From a virus, in IMG/VR virus record IMGVR_UViG_3300021090_000005: a stretch of 43,378 nucleotides of DNA. One strand, 5' to 3'. This document shows, in pieces, positions 37,082 to 43,378 of this stretch (positions are counted from its first letter, which is position 1; the number at the start of each line of letters is the position of its first letter). Below the pieces are notes generated by a model. That model was not told where the DNA came from and did no database searches. It was given only the letters and a program-made list of their open reading frames with translations. Made by a program: the position numbers and the translations under genes.

Positions 37082-37401
37082 TGTAGTATTTTGAATCCTG
37101 GATTGCGTTCAGGTTTTTTTGCAAGCATTACTTTATATGTAGCAGGAAACAGATTGTAAGCGCCGATAGGTACCTCTCTAATAGTATCTATTGGTACTTC
37201 TGGTATAATCTTAGTTATAGTAAGTACATTAATACCAAATATATCTCCACCAGCACCTAGCTTTTCAAGAGATTTATTGTATCGCATGCGATATACATAT
37301 ATTGCTCCCTTGAAAGAGTTAAGCGCAGATTGAGATATAAACTCTATAGCAAGAGTTTCACCAGTTAGAAGTTTCTCAAAGACTTCGCGAGTAGAAAGCA
37401 T
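37078..37401 (-). CDS. Hypothetical protein
   Basis: A 107-aa ORF. Confidence 0.75.
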   Translation of the reverse strand: MLSTREVFEKLLTGETLAIEFISQSALNSFKGAIYVYRMRYNKSLEKLGAGGDIFGINVLTITKIIPEVPIDTIREVPIGAYNLFPATYKVMLAKKPERNPGFKILQ

Positions 37402-37486
37402 ATAGTATAATTATTTATCTTCTACTCTTATTGCGATACGTCTATTTCGCACTACAGTCATTATAAGTCTCCTTACAAAATTATAT

Positions 37487-37658
37487 GGTTTCTTCCAGCA
37501 CAGTAGAGAATACTATGTAATACTGTACTGGAAGAAACCAACTAAGATAGCCGTGATACCTGATACTTTCTGAACTCAACATACAAAGTATCTTATAGTA
37601 CCATATCTTAGTTGGAAAGAGCTCATAACTCTGTGGGACACCCGCATGTTCAGAGTTA
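37487..37658 (-). other. Cluster of three stable hairpins (candidate structured RNA leader or small RNA)
   Basis: H1 is 37487-37505 pairing with 37521-37539 (19 bp). H2 is 37538-37549 pairing with 37604-37615 (12 bp), with an inner 8-bp stem of 37562-37569 and 37585-37592. H3 is 37626-37633 pairing with 37651-37658 (8 bp). The single H1 mismatch is a G.U pair only in the minus-strand transcript. Confidence 0.4.
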
Positions 37659-37689
37659 CTTGTTCTTATTTACAAAAGAATGTTAAGGA

Positions 37690-37730
37690 TAAAAACAAGG
37701 AAATAACTTGTAACTATTGTTATCTCCTTG
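37690..37730 (-). terminator. Rho-independent terminator after CDS 37738..38379
   Basis: The minus strand reads CAAGGAGATAAC-(11 nt)-GTTATTTCCTTG followed by TTTTTA. It forms a 12-bp stem, and one position is G.U only on the minus strand. Confidence 0.75.
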
Positions 37731-37737
37731 CTAGTTA

Positions 37738-38379
37738 TTACAGGTTTGCCAAAAGATCAGCTTCAGTCATGCTCAACAAAGTATCAGCTTTATTAAGCAA
37801 GAACTCTACGCAGTCGATATACTGGTCTGCATTAAGAGAGTTAGAAACATATAATGCAAGTTGGTCTTTCAACAGATGCAGAACTGGCTTCTGAGTCTTA
37901 ACTGCTGAAAACTTGTTAAGCAGAATCTTAGCAGCATTACCAATTTGCTCTTGTGTTTTACCAGTAATAGAAGGCATAACTTCCACATAGTCCTTAGCAA
38001 AGGCTTCCCAAGTTTCTTTAGGAATACCACCACCACGGCGAGCAGCTTTCTCCAGATTAGCGATGTAAGTCCAAGTAACTTTATTCATTGGGAATGTATC
38101 TTGGCTAACGTCGATAGTTTCATCAACAATACTGCGAGCTTGACTTGCAACTACATCTGCCACAGTATCAAGCAACAAGTCCAGTTCTTTGCCACCAGCT
38201 TGCAGAATAGCAACAATACCTTCTACACTTGGTACTGGAACTTTAAGTACTACTTCTGGGCGTTTGTTACCAAGTTCATCTTTGCGAAAGTAGAACTTGA
38301 ACTCTTTAACATCAATCTTATTATCAAAGTTAGCTACAACTTCTGGTTGAGTTTCTACTGCATGTTGTGCTTCTGTCAT
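37738..38379 (-). CDS. Hypothetical 213-aa acidic protein. It forms a monocistronic unit and is a distant paralog of CDS 1069..1734.
   Basis: Strong RBS TAGGAGA, with its own sigma70 promoter and terminator. It is enriched in CTG, CGT/CGC, AAC and ATC codons relative to its neighbours. Confidence 0.9.
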   Translation of the reverse strand: MTEAQHAVETQPEVVANFDNKIDVKEFKFYFRKDELGNKRPEVVLKVPVPSVEGIVAILQAGGKELDLLLDTVADVVASQARSIVDETIDVSQDTFPMNKVTWTYIANLEKAARRGGGIPKETWEAFAKDYVEVMPSITGKTQEQIGNAAKILLNKFSAVKTQKPVLHLLKDQLALYVSNSLNADQYIDCVEFLLNKADTLLSMTEADLLANL

Positions 38380-38473
38380 TTTAATCTCCTAGTTGGTTAA
38401 GTTAAATTAAATTACTGCTGATTACTACTGAGTTGCACCAGTTGAAAGTTACAACTCTTTCATCAGGTCGCAT

Positions 38474-38502
38474 ATTGTCTCATAAAGCCGTTTATATGTC
38501 AA
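38474..38502 (-). promoter_or_regulatory. Sigma70 promoter candidate: -35 TTGACA at 38502..38497, 17-bp spacer, -10 GACAAT at 38479..38474
   Basis: The minus strand reads TTGACAtataaacggctttatgaGACAAT, ~95 nt upstream of the ATG at 38379. Confidence 0.55.
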
Positions 38503-38511
38503 GTGAAATTT

Positions 38512-38763
38512 TCAGTCTTGATCACCGGAGGAATTAGTTATAGCTATTAATTCGCTTAGAGATGTTATTGCACTTCTCATATCGTCAGTAGCTAAACTAT
38601 ACGATACCCAAGGACGACCGTTAAGAGGTTTATATAACTCCTCTACTCTGTATCTAGTTGCTAAACCTTCTAGTTTAGTTAGAAGTTTTTCAGTGTCTAG
38701 TAAATCACGATTAAGTTTACTAAGTTTCTTTTGAAGTTGTATCTTTGTGCTTGTAGTGCCCAT
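38512..38763 (-). CDS. Hypothetical coiled-coil protein
   Basis: An 83-aa ORF with RBS AAGGAG. Confidence 0.75.
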   Translation of the reverse strand: MGTTSTKIQLQKKLSKLNRDLLDTEKLLTKLEGLATRYRVEELYKPLNGRPWVSYSLATDDMRSAITSLSELIAITNSSGDQD

Positions 38764-38893
38764 GTTATGTTACTCCTTTAAATAGTTTAAAACATTCCTA
38801 ATATTACAGTTATAAGACCACATACCCAGATAATTACTATAACTGTAGAAGATATAGTTAGTATACGATTAGTCACTGTTTCTTCTGATATTT

Positions 38894-40594
38894 TCATTGT
38901 CCTTCCATCCTTTCCTGTTTGCCTTTAAAGTACTGAATCTTACTTTCTAATGTGTTACCTTTAATTCTCTGTGATTCAATACCATTAACAAATGATTCTG
39001 GCTCACAGATAACGTAGAGTTCTTTTTTTGCTCTTGTCACAGCGGTATAAAGTAGTTCTCGTTGTAACATAGTCGCATGTGACTGATGTAATACTAGAAA
39101 TACCTTATCCCACTCTGACCCTTGCGATTTGTGTACTGTTATTGCATATCCAAGTATCATTGCATTAATAGTACTAGCAGTATCAAGATTCACAGTTATT
39201 TCTGAATCTTGCATAGCAAGAGTTATTATATGAGATGCTTGTCTTACTCGTTCACCATCATCTGTGGCCATCTGAGCTAGTATGAAGTCCATACGCTCTT
39301 CTGTTATTTCTTCTTCAGTGTGTTGTTTGTGTCCAGCTTCATCATACCCCCAATAATCTAATGTCTTAGATGCAGGCTGTGTAGCTTTACCAGTATAAAC
39401 AACATTACGTTTGATTCCTGTAATGATAGCATCTTCTTTATCATAAAGTACTTTATCTCCTATAGAATAATAATGTTTGTTATATCCTGCTACTATTTCA
39501 TACACTTCTTTATCTGCTTTACGAGATATATGTTGTGCTATGAATTTATTAAGTTCATCGGTACCAAATGCTTTATTATATGGAATTAATATAATATCAT
39601 CTTCGTAGTTATAGATACCTGAATCTATCGCACCTGTAAAGAATTTGGCGGCTGTATGTAAAGCTACATCACTAGATAATTTTTTCTTCCAAGAATGCAG
39701 TTTTAATTCTCCAGGAAATAACCACTCTGGTAATTCTTTAGCTGGTATAGGTTTACCACTAAGAATTCTATGTGCAAGTCTTATTATTGGAGATTCCAAT
39801 GCTTGTCTATATACCTCAGTTAGTTCTATTGTAGGTAACTCAATCATTTTGAATCCAAGTATTGCAGAACCAAATACTGGTGGTAATTGTTGAATGTCAC
39901 CTAGAAATATAAAAGTTGGTTTATGTGGACAAGCAACTACTATCTGAGCAAATAAATCTGTGGATACCATAGATGCTTCTTCTACTATGATATATTTAAG
40001 TTGTTCAGGTAATGGATAGTATTGAGTTCTTTTAGGTTCAAATACTCTCTTAGTTACTGTTTCACCTTCGTCATTAGTATCTTCATAAATAACTGGTTGA
40101 TATTCTAGTAACTTATGGATTGTAATGCAGTTAGCTTTAATATCCTCTGGTACGTTTTTACGGATATTATTAGTAGCTCTGCGAGTAAATGCTACAATAG
40201 CTATTCCATAAGTACCAGACTCAAGATACTTATGTTCCATATTACTAGGGAAACGAGATAGCATATCTGACTGGATAAGCTTAGTAATAGTACCTTTCAT
40301 GCAAGTAGTTTTACCTGTGCCTGCTGCACCTACTAAGATTGCACTGGCTCCAGATGCGGCTAGTTGAATAAAAGCTGCTTGTTTTTCATTGTAAGTGATA
40401 ACATTACCAAATCTGTCAGTTGATTGATTTGACGCAGTTGGCGCAGATAGCGCAGTTGGCATGTTAGATACTTGCAATGGTGCTGGTACTGATACTGATG
40501 CTGATGCTGGTGTTTCAATTGCTTTCTCAGCTCTTACTCTAGCTAGTAATGCAGCTAGTTTTTCTTTATTTGGTTGAGTAGTTATAGTTGACAT
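38894..40594 (-). CDS. SF1 RecD/Dda-like DNA helicase
   Basis: Motifs are GAAGTGKTT (Walker A), IIVEEASMV, FLGDIQQLPPV, LTEVYRQ, ITVHKSQGSEW and LYTAVTRAKKELYV. Confidence 0.92.
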   Translation of the reverse strand: MSTITTQPNKEKLAALLARVRAEKAIETPASASVSVPAPLQVSNMPTALSAPTASNQSTDRFGNVITYNEKQAAFIQLAASGASAILVGAAGTGKTTCMKGTITKLIQSDMLSRFPSNMEHKYLESGTYGIAIVAFTRRATNNIRKNVPEDIKANCITIHKLLEYQPVIYEDTNDEGETVTKRVFEPKRTQYYPLPEQLKYIIVEEASMVSTDLFAQIVVACPHKPTFIFLGDIQQLPPVFGSAILGFKMIELPTIELTEVYRQALESPIIRLAHRILSGKPIPAKELPEWLFPGELKLHSWKKKLSSDVALHTAAKFFTGAIDSGIYNYEDDIILIPYNKAFGTDELNKFIAQHISRKADKEVYEIVAGYNKHYYSIGDKVLYDKEDAIITGIKRNVVYTGKATQPASKTLDYWGYDEAGHKQHTEEEITEERMDFILAQMATDDGERVRQASHIITLAMQDSEITVNLDTASTINAMILGYAITVHKSQGSEWDKVFLVLHQSHATMLQRELLYTAVTRAKKELYVICEPESFVNGIESQRIKGNTLESKIQYFKGKQERMEGQ

Positions 40595-40598
40595 TGTG

Positions 40599-40919
40599 CT
40601 ATCTCTTTATACTAATTAAAACAGTTGGTAACAATCCTGTTACTTCTATTGGGTTTCTGAAACTAAGTCTTACTTGTCGAGAGCTATATACTTTTTCTGG
40701 AGTACAGAAATAAAAAATTACTTTGTATTTCACACCGCTATGAATGACTGTTCCGTTTCTTATCCAATACTTAATATATGCTCCTGTCCAATACATAAGA
40801 TAGTAATTGTGATAAAACTGTAAATATCTTTTTGGTATTTCCCACCCTTTTTCTGTTATAAAGCGTAAATAATCTTTATCTATATTATGATATAGTTTGA
40901 GTGTAATTGCATCAGACAT
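40599..40919 (-). CDS. Hypothetical protein
   Basis: A 106-aa ORF, coupled to both neighbouring genes. Confidence 0.7.
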   Translation of the reverse strand: MSDAITLKLYHNIDKDYLRFITEKGWEIPKRYLQFYHNYYLMYWTGAYIKYWIRNGTVIHSGVKYKVIFYFCTPEKVYSSRQVRLSFRNPIEVTGLLPTVLISIKR

Positions 40920-41947
40920 TATAATTCTCCTTCACTAGATTGTATTACTGCTGCTGGTGGATTAAGCTTGTAATATTCTTGTGCCATATCCCATTTAACT
41001 TTAGCTCTAAGGTATGCAATTTTAGATGGATAGTCTAGTTCTTTTGGTAAAGTTGTAGGTGCAGCTTCAATTAATGCAAGTTTATTTGCAGTTTCTACGC
41101 TAGATTCTGCATCTATAATACGGTATCTAGTAGAACTATTTAAATCTAATTCACCAAAACCTAGAAAGTCTGTTTGTTTAGCTAAGCCAGAACGTAATGC
41201 TTTAAGCAAATTATACGCATAACTACTGCCTTGTGTTATATTATCTTCACAGTGACATAGTAACTCATCTATGTCTGTTTTAGGTATAGTAAATATTTGC
41301 TCTGCATTGAAGCATTTAATTATTATTTGTTTCCAATACTCATTTAATGGTATGTATGCAGTATTTACAAGTGTAGGACTCTTAGGAAAGTTACCTGCTA
41401 TCTCTGCCCAATCTGCCAGTATTCTAGCAAATGCCTTTTCATTACGAACATGTGCACTATTAATCATTCGCTCTAATGCAGCAGTTCTACGGATTAGTTT
41501 TTGTTCCTCAGACATAGTACGATAACCTGAGTACCATTCATTGTAGTAATTCTCCCATATAGCTATCCAGTTAGCTACATTAGCTAAGTTACGAGTTTCT
41601 GGTGAGATTACAAATTGTGGTGGAGTAAATCCCGGATGTTGTACTATGTTTAACTTACCTACTATATTGAATAGATTTTCCATATTAGATGCAACTATAC
41701 TATCTGTATGGTTAGTTCTAATAGCTTGTAATCTGAATTCGATATTATCGGTAGAGTTTAGTAAGGCTAGAAATAATAAATATGAGTCAGTAGTAGTTAA
41801 TTCTCCTGCTGCCCATTTTACACTGTATGAAAGTAGTTTCTTTTGAGGTATGTAGAATATAGGATGCACAGTTTCTCTATTAGAGAGAGTTCCTGGAAAA
41901 TGCTGTACATTGAACTCTAAACTGGAAAAAGCACAAATTAGTCGCAT
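40919..41947 (-). CDS. Hypothetical 342-aa protein with no motif I recognise
   Basis: A long ORF at the head of the helicase sub-operon. Confidence 0.85.
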   Translation of the reverse strand: MRLICAFSSLEFNVQHFPGTLSNRETVHPIFYIPQKKLLSYSVKWAAGELTTTDSYLLFLALLNSTDNIEFRLQAIRTNHTDSIVASNMENLFNIVGKLNIVQHPGFTPPQFVISPETRNLANVANWIAIWENYYNEWYSGYRTMSEEQKLIRRTAALERMINSAHVRNEKAFARILADWAEIAGNFPKSPTLVNTAYIPLNEYWKQIIIKCFNAEQIFTIPKTDIDELLCHCEDNITQGSSYAYNLLKALRSGLAKQTDFLGFGELDLNSSTRYRIIDAESSVETANKLALIEAAPTTLPKELDYPSKIAYLRAKVKWDMAQEYYKLNPPAAVIQSSEGEL

Positions 41948-41990
41948 GATAATAGATTCCTTACTTATTGTTACAGGTTAATTAATAGTA

Positions 41991-42254
41991 TTAAATATGA
42001 TTTTCTATTGTAAGAGTTTGATATACTTCTCTTGCTAATTCTTTCTCGTGTTGGTGATATAGTAAAAAAGATACATCTTCAGTAGGTATTTCATCTGCAT
42101 AAGCACGAAGTAGTAAATCTATTTCACTATTACTATCAATAGAGTATTTAGTTACAATAATAATAGCATAATCAGGTATAATAATCAGTGCTATGTTATC
42201 ATTGTCTTTATGCGCTATTTCTCTTGCGCAGTGAGTTAAGTTAGGATGCTTCAT
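41991..42254 (-). CDS. Hypothetical early protein
   Basis: An 87-aa ORF with RBS AGGGAGAA. Confidence 0.7.
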   Translation of the reverse strand: MKHPNLTHCAREIAHKDNDNIALIIIPDYAIIIVTKYSIDSNSEIDLLLRAYADEIPTEDVSFLLYHQHEKELAREVYQTLTIENHI

Positions 42255-42268
42255 AGTATGTTCTCCCT

Positions 42269-42469
42269 TTAGTAGTATAGCAAATCAGTTAGTAACTCAA
42301 TCATTGGGTGATAACAACTTGGAAAATACCTTCTTGCTCTAGTTATTTGTTCTTCGCAAGGTAGTTCTTCAGTTGCAATATAACTACCAAAGATAGTATG
42401 CACTATTTTAGTAGTTAGTTTAGTTACTACTTCTTTGGTTTCTGATACTTGATATTCATAGCGTATCAT
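42269..42469 (-). CDS. Hypothetical early protein
   Basis: A 66-aa ORF with RBS AAGGA. Confidence 0.65.
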   Translation of the reverse strand: MIRYEYQVSETKEVVTKLTTKIVHTIFGSYIATEELPCEEQITRARRYFPSCYHPMIELLTDLLYY

Positions 42470-42592
42470 TGTTTATGTATCCTTTCTTATGTTAAGTTAG
42501 GTTAAGCAATAATTATTGCGTACTTCAACAGTCTTGCGGATTATCTCATAAGCGAGATAAGTTGTCAAGAGGTTTCTTGAATCTTAGTTATG

Positions 42593-42862
42593 CTATTTTG
42601 GCACAGTTATTTTTGGTATAAGGTATCTTATTTCTATTGTGCCTTCTGAGTAACGTATTACTGCTGTGATTGTTTTGCCTTGTTCTCGTAGTTGTTTTAC
42701 TATATTATCTGCTTCATACTTGGAGAAACATAATACAAAATCTTGTTGTGATATTAGATTTTGTCTCTTACGATAGGCTAACTCAGCAGAAGCTATTGAT
42801 TTAATTATGTGAGTTAAGTTATCTGCAACTTGTTTAGATGATGTATGATAGGTGATTTTCAT
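42593..42862 (-). CDS. Hypothetical early protein
   Basis: An 89-aa ORF with RBS AGGAG. Confidence 0.7.
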   Translation of the reverse strand: MKITYHTSSKQVADNLTHIIKSIASAELAYRKRQNLISQQDFVLCFSKYEADNIVKQLREQGKTITAVIRYSEGTIEIRYLIPKITVPK

Positions 42863-42909
42863 GTTGTAGTGCTCCTATTATAGTTGTAATTGTAGTACTA
42901 TGTATGATT

Positions 42910-43378
42910 TTACTCCTTTACTTTTAATGCTTTTTTATAGCAAGTAAGTAAGAAAGGAGTGATTTCTTTGTTATAATTAATAGCCTCAACAGCAGCAGTA
43001 TAAGCAGCATCACCAGCATTAGCAGCATCACCAGCATTAGCAGCATAAGCAGCAGTATAAGCAGCATTAGCAGCAGCATTAGCAGTATAAGCAGCATTAG
43101 CAACATTAGCAGCATTACCAGCATTAGCAGCAGAACTACAGCTTCTATCCTTGCCAGTTAACCAATTAGTTGCCCATAGTTGCCAAGGTTCTTCTTTATA
43201 GGCATATAAAATACAAATGAGTGTAAAAGCAATTTTAGTAGTTATTGAAAGCTTAGGTAATTCAATCTCTTCTAATAAAACTTGAGATTTACACCAGCTT
43301 TTTAATCCATCTGTTCCTAGTCTTGGACTTGTACTTATTGCAAATAATCTTGGATTAGTTATGTTTGCGTGAGTTTGA
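42910..43378 (-). CDS. C-terminal part of the junction-spanning gene, containing Ala/Asn/Tyr-rich quasi-hexapeptide repeats. 43252-43378 duplicates 1-127.
   Basis: The manual minus-strand translation continues from base 1: ...LSITTKIAFTLICILYAYKEEPWQLWATNWLTGKDRSCSSAANAGNAANVANAAYTANAAANAAYTAAYAANAGDAANAGDAAYTAAVEAINYNKEITPFLLTCYKKALKVKE*. The stop is at 42912..42910. The track ORF 42924..43124 is the wrong frame of the same repeat. Confidence 0.75.
   Translation of the reverse strand, partial: QTHANITNPRLFAISTSPRLGTDGLKSWCKSQVLLEEIELPKLSITTKIAFTLICILYAYKEEPWQLWATNWLTGKDRSCSSAANAGNAANVANAAYTANAAANAAYTAAYAANAGDAANAGDAAYTAAVEAINYNKEITPFLLTCYKKALKVKE
42991..43133. repeat. Imperfect tandem GCAGCATTAGCA-type repeats, encoding the AANAGx/AAYTAx repeats of the junction gene
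   Basis: Read directly. Multiple 12-18-nt units recur with point differences. Confidence 0.85.
43252..43378. repeat. Second copy of the 127-bp terminal overlap (identical to 1-127)
   Basis: Identical to bases 1-127. Confidence 0.97.

Noticed and set aside
38787-38898. Small minus-strand ORF in the gap after the helicase gene
   Set aside because: The ATG at 38898 gives only 9 codons. A 29-codon TM-like frame needs a GTG start at 38876 with no clear RBS, and it overlaps a 10-bp hairpin (38805-38814 pairing with 38838-38847). This is insufficient support.
42924-43124. Track ORF of 66 aa (MLVMLLMLLMLLILL...)
   Set aside because: It is the wrong reading frame of the tandem GCAGCATTAGCA repeats. 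The frame continuous with the ATG at 306 across the circular junction gives a sensible 215-aa protein instead.

Overview
The window is a complete, circularly closed genome of a tailed dsDNA phage. Bases 1-127 are identical to 43252-43378, which looks like an assembly overlap, so the unique length is 43,251 bp. The sequence is AT-rich with strong Shine-Dalgarno sites. I found no tRNA, rRNA, CRISPR array, integrase, repressor or phage RNA polymerase. Several near-consensus sigma70 promoters suggest a virulent phage that depends on host RNAP.

The genome has two divergent arms.
- Plus strand, 2.35-26.6 kb: packaging, virion and lysis genes. These are small and large terminase, portal, scaffold, major capsid, tail and fibre genes, a DUF5675/YkuD-like hydrolase, a 3TM holin, three internal/ejection proteins including a 1645-aa giant, and a mosaic distal fibre.
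- Minus strand, 43.1 to 26.6 kb, plus 1734-1069 and a gene crossing the circular junction: early and replication genes. These are a RecD/Dda-like helicase, Cas4-like PD-(D/E)XK nuclease, Sak4/AAA_24-like ATPase, SSB-like protein, family A DNA polymerase, DUF3987/VirE-like NTPase, DEDDh exonuclease and many small ORFs of unknown function.

Things worth a second look:
- a near-perfect sigma54-type promoter with upstream inverted-repeat sites;
- two distantly paralogous genes, each in its own promoter-to-terminator unit;
- a 760-bp non-coding region with a 72-bp inverted repeat, iterons and alternating purine-pyrimidine microsatellites;
- a GC-rich 1.65-kb island fused into a fibre gene whose C-terminus holds nine 22-residue repeats;
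- a multi-hairpin RNA-like element whose pairing only works on the transcribed strand;
- a conserved 28-nt gene-junction cassette.

Family names (DUFs, Pfam) come from remembered motif patterns, not searches, and need HMM confirmation.
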